Counted from the stretch's first letter, positions 1 to 18,887 are shown. The stretch: DNA of 64,000 nucleotides from the human T2T-CHM13v2.0 reference genome, Homo sapiens (GCF_009914755.1 NC_060945.1); one strand, 5' to 3'. The notes: generated from the letters alone by a model not told the origin. Numbers and translations are program-made.

Positions 1-4290
<4,290 letters not shown>

Positions 4291-4299
4291 CTGGAAGAC

Positions 4300-6135
4300 A
4301 AGAGAGATCATCTCTCATATCAAGGACCAGGAAAATCACAACTTGAATGGGAAAGAAACAATTAGATAACAGTGACACGAAAGGAAATCATCTACTAGAA
4401 TTATATGCCAAACATTTTAAAGTAAATATCATGAAAATAATTCAACTAGCAATTATAAGTTATCTTGAAACAAATTAAGAAATGGAAAAAAGCAAAAATT
4501 ACAATTTATAAAAGAGAGTCAATAGAAATTATAGAATGAAAAATAAAGTAACAAATGAAAAGCTCATCAAAATAGATAATATTTGTAATCATAGGACAGT
4601 CCTCAACAAATATAAAATAATTAAAAATTTTACAGAGATTGCATTCTCTGGCCATAATGAAATCATATTAGAAATCAATAACGAAAGGACAACAAAAAAT
4701 CTTTATGCACTTGGAAATTAAACTACAAAAACACATATAAATAATCCACGCATCAAAAGAAAAGTATCAAAGGAAATTCAAACAAACAAAAAACATAAAT
4801 ATGTAAAATTTAGTGGAAATGATAATACAACATCTCAAAATAAGTTGGATATAATTAAAGCATTGCTGAGATCATTGCACACACTAACAAAGAAGAAAGG
4901 TGTAAAGTCGTTAACCTAAGTTCTGACATCAGGAAAATGAAAAGAAAGAAGTAAGTACTTTATGGTGAAAGACTAAATGCCTTTCCACTAAGACCAAGAA
5001 GAAAGAAAGGTTCTCTCCTTTTCTGATTCTTGTTTAATGAGAAAACGCACACGCAAAAAGAAGTAAAAGGCAAACAGATGGGAAATAAAAATAAAAATAA
5101 AACTTTCTTTGAAAATGACATAATTCTCTGTGTAGGGAGAATTTACAAATAATCTCCTAGAACTAATAGGGACATTCAGCAATGTTGCAAGACATATGAT
5201 CAACAAATATGTCATTCACATTTTAATATAAATAGTTTACCCTTAAACAGCACAGGTTTAAACTGTGTGGGTCCACTTATATGCAGATTTTCTTCAACCT
5301 CTGTCATCCCTGAGCTGGCAAGTTTAACCCCACCTCTTCCACCGTCTTCTCAGTTTATTCAATGTGAAGACTCAATGTGTAGATGAATATCTGTGAAGAT
5401 CCACTTCCACTAAATGAATAGTAAATATATTTTATTTTCCTTATGGCTTCCTTAATAACATTTTATTTTTGCTAGTCATTTTATTGTAAGAATACATTAT
5501 ATAATACATATACAAAATATGTAAGAACGGACTATGTTATTGGTAAGGCTGCTGGTCAACAGTAGGTTATTAATAGTTAAGTTTTAGGGGAGTCAAAAGT
5601 TGTTGCATATAGATTTTGGACCGTGCAGGGGACAGTTCTCTTAACTCCTGCCTCATTTAAGGGTCGACTATACTAACAATGAATATGTGAAGAACAAAAA
5701 TTAAAAACTACAATGCCATTTTCAATTGCTCCAATGACAATGAAATCCTTGAGTAGACACTTAAAGTATGTATAAGATCTATATTCTGTAAACTAAAAAA
5801 TTCTAACAAAAGAAATCAAAGAAGATGTAAATACGTGGAGACATACCATACTAAGATTCAACAAAGTGAAGATGTCAATTCTCTTGAAATTCATCTCTAA
5901 GTTTAATGAATTTCAAGAAAAAATTCCAGTTTGGCTCATTTTAGATATAGCCAATCTCACTCAAAGATATCATATGAAAAGATCCAATCTCTTTTAGCTA
6001 AAACACTGTTGAGGAAAAGGGGAAGGAATCACCTTACCTGACATTATGGCCTGCTGTATAGCTACAGTGGTCAAGACAATGTTGCATTGGTAAGGGGACA
6101 GACCAATAGATCAGGAATATGGCACAGAATACAGG
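4300..6135 (+). mobile_element. Old L1M fragments (ORF1/ORF2 pieces), interrupted by Tigger2a
   Basis: A-rich L1-like segments (ttctctggccataatgaaatcatattagaaatcaataac; ctagaactaataggGacattcagcaatgttgc; gtggtcaagacaatgttgcattgg). L1 sequence resumes after the transposon. Confidence 0.75.
5233..5670 (+). mobile_element. Tigger2a/MER28 DNA transposon (TcMar-Tigger)
   Basis: Degenerate TIRs tagtttacccttaaacagcacagg ... cctcatttaagggtcgacta, TA at the right flank, and internal gggtccacttatatgcagattttc and gatccacttccactaaatgaatagtaaata. Confidence 0.85.
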
Positions 6136-6139
6136 ATTC

Positions 6140-6825
6140 AATTCCCACTACCCCACATCTGCAGAATTCCAGCCTGAGAAGCCATTGGTGTGTAACACAG
6201 ACAAAGGACCACCTTGGAAGTGAAGCCACTGCAGAGAATTCCTTCGGGAAAGGGGCCCAGGCAGAGAGCTTCTTTGAGGATGGAGTTTCCCAAAGCCATA
6301 ACGTCAAGACCCCCCATCCCAGAATCCGAGGAAGGCAGAACCTCTGCCCCAGTGTTTCCTAAAGGCAAGACCCCCGCCACAGTGGGTCCAGAAGGTGGGA
6401 CTGCAGACCCATGGCGTCTAGAGGGCAGAACATTAAGCCAACGAAGACCATTCTCAAGCCTTTAGTTTAATATTACTTGCTCTGTTGGCTTTGGGACTTA
6501 CTTCTTACGTTTTACTTCTGTTTTTTCGTTTTTTAATTTTTGTTTGTTTGTTTGTATTCCTCACATTTGGAATGGAATGTTTGTCCTTCAACCATTCTAT
6601 CACTATGTTTTCAAAACACATAACCTGTTTGATTACATGGTCTCACACTGTAGGAAAACATGCTCAGGATGAATGTACCTTGAGTCTCATCCATGTATGA
6701 TTTAGAAAGTATTTAGATGAGGCTTTAGACTAGATTTCTGAATTAATGCTGGATAAGTTAAGACTATTGTGGATATTGGGATGGCTTGAATGCATTTTGC
6801 AGTGAGAAGGATATAAATTTGAGAA
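6140..6825 (+). mobile_element. MaLR internal sequence (MLT-int-like), 3' portion
   Basis: caggatgaatgtaccttgagtctcatcc and gttaagactattgtgg...gcattttgcagtgagaaggatataaattt resemble the MLT1 internal 3' end. Confidence 0.6.
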
Positions 6826-7613
6826 CACATAATCATGTTTACTCAAAGGGCATGATTTCTTTCTGTCTGACACTCCAGCTAATGTCACAACACTTTCCAG
6901 TTTACTTTTTGGGCACGAAGTACATTAATTTTCTTTTAGTCTCTTTAGTCTTTCTTGAGCAGAGATTTCTAACTCGTCATAACCCATTGCATCTTACCGG
7001 GCACTCTAGAGGTCTACATTTCCTCTTTCTTTTGCAGTTAGTTTGGGCCGTGTTACTCTTATTTGGGGTTTTACTTCCAGGCTGTGTTTAAAGCTACTTA
7101 GATGATTTCTTCCACCATCTTTGCTCCTTTTCTCTGTTGACCCACACATGCAGAATTTCCAGAAAATGAATCTCAGAGACCCGACTTAAGAGTTACTCAG
7201 AATAGAATGAGAAATAAATGTCCTGGGTTGATACTCTTAGTCTTCATTACCCTCCGTAATACAAAAACATCGCTCATCCCAGGACCACTGCGTTTGTCAC
7301 ACCATTTGTCTGAGATTCTCCTCCACTTAGTTCTCACTTGTCTACTGTTCTTCCTTCATTTTGGGTTTTGGCTCAAAATTACTTTGTCAAAAAGGCCCTG
7401 TTTTATTGACTGTTAGGTAACAATGGTTATTTAGTCTTTTCACACACACTATTTCCCTTTATTGCACCTACCAAATATACAACGAATGTTTATTTGTGCA
7501 GTCATTTTTAAAAATATGTGTTTTCTTACAAGACTGCACATTTCATAAAATATGATTTATTCAAAAGTCACTCCCCTGTTCCAGCAGAAATATATAGATG
7601 ATAAGGAAAATTA

Positions 7614-7895
7614 TCACCCCTGTAATCCCAGCACTTTGGAAGGTGGAGGCAGCTGGATTGCTTGAGCCCAGGAGTTTGATGCTAGCCTGGGTAACATGGC
7701 AAAACACTGTTTCTACCAACAACAACAACAAAAATAGCCAGCAGGGGTGGCTCGTGTCTGTAGTCCCAGGTACTCAGCTGAGGTGGGAGGATTGACTGAT
7801 CCCAGGAGGTCAAGGCTGCAGCAGTGAGCTGTGATCTTGCCACTGCCCTCCTGCCTGGGTGACAGAGTGAGACCCTGTCTCAAAAAAAAAAAAAA
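7614..7895 (+). mobile_element. AluJ-like SINE
   Basis: gcttgagcccaggagtttg and gaggtcaaggctgcag (J diagnostics); A14 tail. Confidence 0.93.
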
Positions 7896-8418
7896 GCCAC
7901 CATTTTATGTAGCATGTAATAAACGAGCACAATGAGGAACTTGAGTGTAAAAATTTTAAAAAGAAAAGTATGATGATGATAAAATGAACCACTAAAACTA
8001 AGAACAATAAGTGAAAAAAAATCACTTTTTTCTGAGTGGGAGAAACAAAGGTATAGAGACGGTCTTGCTAAAGGAAAATTGTAAATTTAAGTAGCAATAA
8101 AGAACGTGGCATAATTTTCTCCAGCAGTATTCAGTGGCAGAGGAAAAATATATGCATGCAAGTAGTTTGGTTGATTGAATCTGTGGACAGAAAAAAATAA
8201 AAAAGAAAACCAATTGATGAATTGTGGGAAACTATTTCAAGCAATGGCCCGGGTCTTCTGGAGGTATTAGGGAATATTACAGCATGAAATGACATATCTT
8301 AATAAAGAAGTTTAGAGAGAATAAGAAAACAGTATAGTCGAATATTGTTATAGTAACTACAATAATTAACTACAACAATTCATCATTATATTCAAAGACA
8401 GAGACCAAAAGATCATAT

Positions 8419-9170
<752 letters not shown>

Positions 9171-9263
9171 ACATGTAGTACACCAGACTTGATTACAGAA
9201 AGAAGAAAGAAACTACAGGGCAAAAATAAAAGACTGAGGGGAAGAGGCCCAATGAATTTTCAT

Positions 9264-9582
<319 letters not shown>

Positions 9583-12500
9583 TAGCCAAATAAGTTTTCA
9601 AAGTAGGTGTTTTCCCAAGAAATATGAGAGAATTTGGGAAAAAAATTAATGTTACTGGCAATACTTTTCAAATAAATGTATATTGATAAGATTGTATATA
9701 TTAAATATTCATACGGCATAACAATTTATTCTACTGTGATAATGAAAAAGCAGGAGCTTCTTATTCATAGAAACCAAATTGTTACATTATTAAAGCTCTA
9801 AGGGTTTTTATAGATTTTGTAGGCCTCCCTTCCTATTATGGATGGTTTGGAAAGGAGAGCTCAATAAAATTATGAACTTTCTAGATTGCAAAACATTTCT
9901 GCATGGCCTTGTCTTTTTCCATTTCATTTTGTTTTTCATTATTACACAAATAAACTAAATAATTGAGTAATTACTTCTGAATTATCTTCAAAAAAGCATT
10001 CTACTTAAGGAACAAGTGTAAGATTTAAGCATATATTTAATTTTTAAAGAATTCAATATTTATATATGCACATATTAAAAACTCAGATGAATAAGTTTGA
10101 TATAGAATATATTTAGTAGTAACAAAGGAAATTAAATGTTGTAAGTAATTCAAGTAGGAGATTATAACCATAAAATACATGATAGGAATTTGAAATGAAT
10201 GCTTTTCTTGACCAGAAGAATGGATATAGGAAATTCCATTTGAAGATAATGATGATGTGGATCTAATTTTAAAAAAAATGAAATACCAGGTTCACTAAAG
10301 CCTCCTTCTGCTTGCAGAAATTAAAATAGAGTTTAAATCTGTAATCAGTATATGTTGTTCCCTTTCTAACATTTCTTAAAGCCATAAATAATTTTAATGA
10401 CATGATCTTTCTATCTGTTCGTTTTTATGTTAGTATATACTCAGACACTTAAATAAATATAACACAGGAAAGAGATGAGCCATTAGTAATAAACAAAGGG
10501 ATTTAAATTTGAGAAAGAACAATTAACACTTCTATATTCATTTTTAATCATTCACTTATCAGAATGCATTAAATCATCAGAATTGTGCTGACTTACATAA
10601 ATTTCCAACTTTAGTTGTAGCACTTCATCGATGGAGTCATGATGAATATCTTAGAAAATCCCATTTGTTAACAAATATGTGACCTTATTAATACAGAAAA
10701 TGTCAATTAGAAATATTATTATAACTAGAAATGTACTGTAAATCAGATATTTGGTATTCTCTGCAAAAAAAAATCATTAACAGTACAGGCTTAATGGAAT
10801 TTGTGAAGAAACTTTGCAACTTTGGTAATTATTAATTAACACTGAATACAATAAAACCTATATGGGAACTATTGGCTAGTTTTGCACATATAATCAATGA
10901 ACTGCGTCAGTCAAATTTATATTCAGTTGTAGACAAAAGTGCTGTGTAAGAATCATTATAAATTAATTAGTACTTAACATTTAATTGAAATGAGCACAAT
11001 GAAACATTTTGTTTTCGGAAAGTAAGCTTATAAGCTATGAACAATTTTATTTGCTTTTCACTCTCCATTTCACTCCTCAAACACTGTTTAAAATTAGGTC
11101 TACAAACAAAAACAAAACTGTCACTCATTTTTTTTCAACTTAACACTCACCACTACCAACCGCAGAATTCTTATTACTGTAGCGAAAATTTAGTGTATGA
11201 AAAGTATGAGATCAAAAAGTAAACTCAATGAATGATGAGCTCTAAGATCCAGTCACCCACGCTTTACAATTTTATTGTTTAAGCCTTGTCATTGGCTCTT
11301 GGTTTCCTTGAGTACAATCTCTCCTTCTCATTCAGCATGTCTACAGATGCTCCTCTTAAGTTTTCCTAACCACTGTTCACAGATACATTTGGGGAGAATC
11401 TTCTATAGGATGCTTAACTAATACAGTTTGTTGATGGACTCTTGTTAGTCTTCCTCTTATTTCTAAAACGATAGAAAAAATTTCATCAATTAGCAACATA
11501 TTGACCCTCTATTCCATAGTGGTTTCAATGGTCTACAACAATAAAGGTCAAATAAATTTAACTCATTGTAATAATAGGCATAATGGACACTATAGTTCCA
11601 GTATTATAGAACTCTCTAGTTCAACATTGTTACCCTCATGTTCTAACAAAATTTTGTCTCTACCAAGCTGAAAATTTTCAGCTGTGATCAAACCACAGCA
11701 AATTCAGAACCTCTAGGGCTACTAGATTTTGGCATGGTATAGTTCCATCGTATTAAGCAGTGTTTATTTATATGAATGGTATAGATTTATGCCTGAATAA
11801 GTCATGTTTAATCCAACTGTAGCTTAATGATGGCAGTATAATTTGGAAGTCATCACCACAAAGCATGAGAGTATAAGGAAAACACAGGAAATCAAGAGAG
11901 CCAGATTTCAGCATGGATATAGAAACAAACAATATGAATCCTGCTCCGGTTGCTTAGGTTTTCAAGGCCTTAGATTTTCCATCTTAACAGTAAACATATG
12001 TTCTTGAATGTCTCTAATATCCATTTAAATGACAATCATACATTCCATTTTGGTAGTGACTTTAAGACCCATTATTTATTATGCCACATAGTGGTGTTTA
12101 TCCGCTATAAGGATACTGCCTACCAGTTGACATTTTCCAATTTTAACCAACAGCTCTATTTGATAGAAGTATATGGCAGCATATAAACTAGAGTATTTTT
12201 ACATTTTAAAAATATTTATTTTAGGGTTGCTAATTCATTTTGAGTTTTAATATTTATAATATTCATATCCAACATTTTCAGGACAGGTTTAAACACATGT
12301 ACATGTGCAGTATTTTACCATTTTATACAATCAAGTGGTGTTTTTTGCATAGTGATCCATCTTATTTTTATTTCTCATTGGGCTGCAAATCAAGTAACAC
12401 TTTGCAAACAGCAATGTGATCATTGAAACAGTTTTTAGCTTGGTAATTGTAGCTCATGCCTTCACTGTCATCTGAAACTGAGACTAACGGTCTTCCTTAT

Positions 12501-13704
12501 AAAGATATCTGCTTATTGATTTTGCAAAGGTTGAACAGAAGAAGCTTTACTCTTTTTGGTAACTGTAACAAGCACTACCTGCCTATATTGATTACTTACT
12601 CTCAATGTTATAGCAAATTACTATTGTGAAAACATAATGATGCTGAACATTTGTGCTCAGATGATAGGGTAATGTTTAAACACTGTGTGTCCTGTTCTTT
12701 GCAGATTTACTAATAACCTCTTTAATCATTTCTGTTCAAAATACCATGGACTCTAAAGCAGAAGCTAGCCTAATGGCACAACTAATATAGGAAGCATAAC
12801 ATTTAATAACTTCAAAAGAAATAGCATCAATTGCTTTCCATCCTTTAGATAGCATGTCAGATTTTTACAAATAGTATTTATAATAAACCGAAAATAAATT
12901 TATAGAAACTTTAATTCTATTTCTACTCTTTTCTTCTTAAGCCAGCATTGGCGAATGTGATGGTTTATGTTTTCTGACATGAATTATATGCTTAAAGAAT
13001 ATATTTTAATGAAAACACATAAATATTTCTAAAATAAGCACATTTTAATTTAAAGGCTTATGGAATCATATGTGTTGGAATAAGACGTCACTTGAAAAAA
13101 GCTCAATGTGGGGAATTTATGAAGATTATCATGAAAGACATTGTATCTCATCATAAAAATTATATTTAAAAATTTTTTCCTTTTAAAAACAACAATTCAT
13201 CTATTATATGGATTGAATTAGTTTAAATAAAAATAATTATTTGGGATAAAATTATCATCTTATTATAATATCATTATTATAGATAGGAAATACTACTTAA
13301 ACGGATTTGAATAAAACAATAAGACTATTTAATAAGAAAAATATCTAAAACTATTATAAGCAAATGTGAAAAATAAAAGTTATATATGATAAAAGTTACA
13401 ATTCTTAGAAAATACATTATGCTGTATTGTAATACAATATAAACACTAGCTCACTTAAGAGTATTAGCCAGTAGATTTATGTAATATTTTGTGTTGTTGC
13501 TCTTTGTTAATTTTATTTCCATTTTTCTCAGTCTTACTTTTACTTTCTATTGATTGCATCCATTTAGAAACAAAATAATGACTATAGTCTTATTATCATT
13601 ATTTATTTGGACCTAAAATAACCAGGCCTAATTATATCAACCTGGACCCAAAACAATAACCACTTCTGAATTGGACTTTTTGTAATCAGTTGTGTATTCA
13701 ATAT

Positions 13705-13935
13705 TTTAAAACATTTATTAATTATCTAATATAGTTCATGTGTTAGAAAATTGGTTGACTATATGATGATACTAATAACACACAATATATTTGTTTTAAG
13801 AGAACATAAATTCTGTAACAGTAATATAAAAATAAAAGAATCAATATAAAAGAATCTGTAAGGATGCATTTAAGTTTGCCTGCAAAATTCAGAACAGGTT
13901 TCTAAGATGAGGATTATTTAAGCTGAGCCTCACTA
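13705..13935 (-). mobile_element. Probable L2 3' fragment
   Basis: aaacatttattaattatctaatat...atttaagctgagcctc resembles a highly decayed L2 end. Confidence 0.4.
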
Positions 13936-14074
13936 TGCTTTTTCATTGATTAATAATTGATTTACAAAATCAAGTGTTTGATGTGTCCAAAGTCATGTAA
14001 GTTTAAACTGATGCTTTTGTGCATCAATTTCATAAATCATCATTAAAAAGAGTTGATCATATATAACTTTTTAA

Positions 14075-14400
14075 TTTTTAATTTTTAAATTAATTAATTA
14101 ATTAATTTATTTATTTTTGAGACAGATTCTCACTGTGTCGCCCAGGCTGGAGTGTAATGGAACGATTTCGGCTCGCTGCAATCTCCGCCTCCTGGGTTCA
14201 CCGCCATTCTCCAGCCTCAGCCTCCCGAATAGCTGGGACTACAGGCACATGCCACCACACCCAGCTGATTTTTGTATTTTTAGTAGAGACGGGGGTTTCA
14301 CCATGTTGGCCAGGATGGTCTCGATCTCTTGACCTCATGATCCGCCCGCCTCGGCCTCTCAAAGTGCTGGGATTACAGGTGTGAGCCACCGTGCCCGGCC
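14075..14400 (-). mobile_element. AluSc-like SINE
   Basis: Full Alu with (TAAT/TTTA)n tail; long degenerate flanking direct repeat taaaaagagttg... Confidence 0.96.
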
Positions 14401-14484
14401 TAAAAAGAGTTGTACATACATAATTTATTTAATGTATTTCTTAAGATGTTTGATATTTTTAAAAATTAGTTTTGTTATTAAATG

Positions 14485-14612
14485 AGAGGTGAGAAATTGC
14501 TTAATGGGTACAATGTACGTTATTCGGGTGATGGGTACCCTAAAGCCCAGACTTCACCACTACATGATGTCCATGTAACAAAATTGTACCCCTGAAATCT
14601 ATTTTTCAAAAG
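14485..14612 (+). mobile_element. L1MA/L1PB-type 3' end fragment
   Basis: ttaatgggtacaatgtacgttattcgggtgatgggtaccctaaagcccagacttcaccact. Confidence 0.8.
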
Positions 14613-14619
14613 TTAACAC

Positions 14620-14725
14620 ATTCAATTTTTAGAGCAGTTTTAGGTTCACAGTAAAACTGAATAAAAAGTTCAGAGTTCCCATACACTCCCTGCCCTACCC
14701 ACATACAACCTCCCACACTATTCAT
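14620..14725 (-). mobile_element. L1MC/MD-type 3' end fragment
   Basis: ttagagcagttttaggttcacagtaaaactga...ttcccatac. Confidence 0.7.
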
Positions 14726-15324
14726 TGACTTTTCTCATACTCTTTTATAGTATGTTTAATTCCTTAGTTATTACTCTTTGAAAACTAGATTTTTCCTCAA
14801 TGATTTCAGAGAAATATGTATGTAATAGGAATTCTAACATTAAATATTGCCCATTATACTATTAATATATATGAATGAGGTTTGCAAACCTGGATAATTA
14901 TTTCAGCCAAGATAAATGTACTTAAAACACAAATTAATAGCTTTACCAGAATAAAATATTAAAATGATGTGCACTATTTATTATAATCTTTATTAAAGGC
15001 TACACATGTGCATGCATCTCCATAGTTTAATGCCTTCTCTGTTCTTTTTACCGTATGTATGTTTTCACACTCATTGTTTGTGTACTTCTAAATAAATCAA
15101 CCATCTGTAATATTTAAGACTCTTTATTTTTACTGAGGACCAAATATAAAATTCATCTCTCAGAGGCTTCCATTCAGGGTAAAGTGCTAGATAAATTAGC
15201 CAGCAGACAACAAAAAGCCAGCAGATTTTTTTAAGTCTGTTTCTTTGCTCAACACCTATGAAATGTCCTAAAGATAATTTTGAAATTCAGTAAACATGCT
15301 TGGTACAATTCTTATTTTTCTCTT

Positions 15325-15470
15325 ATATTTATATATTTAAAATTAAAGTTTTAAATATTTAAATATTAAATATTAATAATTTTAGATATTATTTAAATAT
15401 TTGTATTTAAATATTTAAATAAATATTATTTAAATATAAATATATAATATTTACATATTATATATTTATA
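15325..15470. repeat. AT-rich low-complexity tract with palindromes
   Basis: Almost entirely A/T; repeated TAAATAT units. Confidence 0.9.
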
Positions 15471-15711
15471 GTGAAATTTCAAATTCAGCATTTAAGAAAT
15501 TATTTTAGTAAACATAATTTTAGGTTTACTTTGGTTAGAGTTAATTTCTGGAGACTGGAGAGCATCAGTGAGGTGAGGAGGGTCTTTTAGAAATGAAGAT
15601 TTTCATGCAGTGGGACTAGTAGAAAATGATTCATGGAAGTATGGAATCACTTGAAATCTTCAGGAAATTGTTATGCACCTGGGTTATATCAAGGGATGGG
15701 TTTTTGTGGGG

Positions 15712-16023
15712 TTTTTTTTTTGTTGTTTGTTTGTTTGTTTTTTGAGATGGAGTCTTGCTCTGTTGCCCAGGCTGGAGCGCAATGTCACGATCTTGGCTCA
15801 CTGCAACCTCCGTCACCCAGGGTCAATCAATTCTCCTGCCTCAGCCTCCCAAGTAGCTTGGATTACAGGTGCATACCACTATGCCCAGCTAATTTTTGTA
15901 TTTTTAGTAGAGATGGGATTTCACCATGTTGGTCAGGCTGGTCTCGAACTCATGACCTTGTGATCTGCCCACCTTGGCCTCCCAAAGTGCTGGGATTACA
16001 GGTGTGAGCCACCACACCCGCCC
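15712..16023 (-). mobile_element. AluS SINE
   Basis: Full Alu with (TTTG)n tail. Confidence 0.96.
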
Positions 16024-16234
16024 AAGATGTGTTTTAAAAGTGAGGAATGGGTCAGATTATGGAAGGATATGTTTGATTTTTTTCTAAGAGTTATTAGAAA
16101 AAAAACATAATTTTTATTAATGGTAAATTGTACTTGCCTAATTTAATCAATTTATTTCAATATTTAGGGGTAACAAGTTTCCACTGATGTAGTGAAATGA
16201 TTAGGGGAGTATGGACTATCATCAGCACAAAAGT

Positions 16235-16370
16235 CAAAGGGCCACTACAATAATCCAGGTAAGAAGTTTTGATGATTTAAAGAAAGGGCATGCCACTGGG
16301 AAATAGAGACACACACAAGATAGATATTCAGAAGATGGGCTCTGTTAATTGATGATGTATTTCAATGTAA
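16235..16370. mobile_element. Probable L2 fragment
   Basis: gccactacaataatccaggtaagaag...tagatattcagaag. Confidence 0.45.
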
Positions 16371-16449
16371 CAGGGTAATAAAGAGAGAAAACCATGTGGA
16401 CGTTTATTCTTCCTTAACCCTAAATTTAACGTACATCTAATAGTGAAGA

Positions 16450-16572
16450 GATTGTATTAAAATCTGATTTTACAGGTATGGAATTGGGCTTGATATTCTA
16501 CATTTCTCGCAAGCTCCCAGGTTAGGCTTATGCTGGCAGCACTCAAAATACATTTTGAGTAACACAGTACTA
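16450..16572. mobile_element. MER5-type (hAT-Charlie) fragment
   Basis: tctgattttacaggtatgg...catttctcgcaagctcccaggt...cattttgagtaac. Confidence 0.6.
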
Positions 16573-16630
16573 AGTTTCTTAAGGTTTCATGATTAAAAAT
16601 GGCAGGAAAGATTAAGACAAAACATGTAGT

Positions 16631-16670
16631 ACACACACACACACACACACATACACACTCATACACACAC
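16631..16670. repeat. (CA)n microsatellite
   Basis: acacacacac... directly visible. Confidence 0.95.
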
Positions 16671-18887
16671 TAATATGAAGGGAAGGGTACAAGTAAAGTT
16701 GATGAAAATATAGACAGAATATACCACCATCACAAAAAGGAAAGTTGACAGTGATAAAGTTATAGTTATTTGTATCTGGAGAGGAAGAATTTTCAGAGGG
16801 TCCTAATAATCAAAGAATAATTTCTGAGCTAATTTAATAATATACAGTCTATTTTAGTATTTCCTGGACCTTTGATTCAAGAAAATTAAGTGCTTAGTGA
16901 CCTCTATGACAGAAAAGGAACAGGTTGATATTAGGAGATATATTAAAAGGAGAGAAAAAAATTATATGGCAAATGGCATTCACATTTTAACACTTTTCTA
17001 CCTTACTTCCTCATTTCATATAAAGTAGAATTCAAATAAAAGTACAAACATCATGGTAAAATTGAGATGTTTATGAGGAATTACTTAAACTTTTATTCTT
17101 TGAGGAGAATGGAAAAAAAAACATTGACTAAGAGCTCTATAAATGTTACTAGAAAGCATTGACAAGTATGGCTGAGTCGTACTCAACATGTAGTAGTTCG
17201 AATATGGATAGCTGTTTAAGTTTTCTCCCATTTTATCTTTTATCTATCTTTCTTTTATTTACTGTACATTTTATCTTTTATCTATCTTTCTTTTATTTAC
17301 TCTACTTTCATTTATTTACTCTTCCTTTAGAAGAGTACTTTTCTATGTGCTAATTAAACTTTTCCGTGTTTCAAATATGTTTTCTATATGATCTGCTAAT
17401 TTCTGATATAACTCCCTGTTTATTAGGTATAATTACAGAAAGGAATGTCTTTTCCTGGAAACCATTAAACTGAAGCCAAGATTGCCTGTTATTCTCTGCT
17501 GGAATTTCTAATATGTCAGTTAAGAAAGCTGGTTGGAAGTAAGAGAGAATGGAGCCAGCATGCAGAGAAAAGTAGGCAGATGAGATAAAGAAACAAACCG
17601 TTGAAATTGGAGTCTCTAGTTCTAAATGATTTTGCCACTCATTGGCTTTTCAGATGTCCAAGAGTTTTGATCATCCAATACTCCACACATACTTTGGGCA
17701 TATAATCACTGCCTCTTAGAGTCTAAAGCAGGGCTGGAAAGAATTTCCTTCGTCATAAAAAAGTATGACAAATTCATTCTCAAAATAATGTTATTAAGAG
17801 TAAAATATAAAAAAAGGAAGAAACATTTTCCATTTCTTTCCTATTCTGAATTTTGTAATAGCTACTACTCTGTAGGGTTCAATAAAGTTCATTTTCATGT
17901 CATACAAACTTTATTGATTCAGTTCAGCTTCGCGAGTTTGCACTGAAGTATTGCTCACCCTAAAATAATGCTAATCAAGTAATTCTACGACATCTATATA
18001 ACCTTGCAGTAAAAGGCGCACCAGTGTAAAGGTGGGTGAATTACAGTCTATTTGATGCTTGATTTACTCTTCAACTGTCTCCAGTAATGAAATATAGCAG
18101 CCAGGAACTAAAGCTTGGGTGAGTTTCTAACAGATTAGAGTTATTTGGTGAAGAGGGTAGATCTCTGGGGAAATACTAGGAATAAATATGGTTATTTAAA
18201 AATTCTCTCGCTTTTTTTTTTTTTTTTTTTTTTTTAGGATCTGGTCTATATTTGCGTTTGCTTCAGACCAAAGTAAGTTGGAAGTTGACACAATTACATA
18301 TATTTATCTTTCTTTCCTAATCGATTTAGGATATCAGAATCATTTCATTGATGCTAATATAGGAGAGGTTAATACTCAAAAATCTTTACTGAAGTAAAAG
18401 TAAAAGGAATGGCTGAAAATCAGCTGACAGCCAGTTTCTACATGTTTCACCTCGACTTAACATTCAGACATTGTTCAGATCCCCTGAAGTTACTTATGTT
18501 CTGAATATTTACTAAAGTGCTGGACTGGCTATTATGTTTTTAAAGAAGAAAAATGATGTAGATTATTATAAAAGAAGGAAGCTTCTTTCTCTAAAGATCA
18601 AGTTTTAAAAATTTAGGAGTGGTGGAAGTTTCTAACATATTTCCGTAGTGATATACCACTAGGATAAAACCATTATTATAATATTCAACCAGCACCTTTA
18701 GATATATCATTTTACTTATGAACCTTAGTGAATCAATACTTGTTTTTCACAAAAGAGGTACTTAAACCTTAATCAATACAAAATCTGATATTTATATTTG
18801 TTTATCCAGCAAAGTATTGTGGTAGAATATTTTCCTTAAAATGGAACATGGAATCCAATACTCCAATCATATGTGGAAAAATGAGGC

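Noticed and set aside
6071-6465. Cluster of overlapping ORFs in a GC-richer patch
   Set aside because: Falls in MaLR-internal-like sequence; short, with no coding signature
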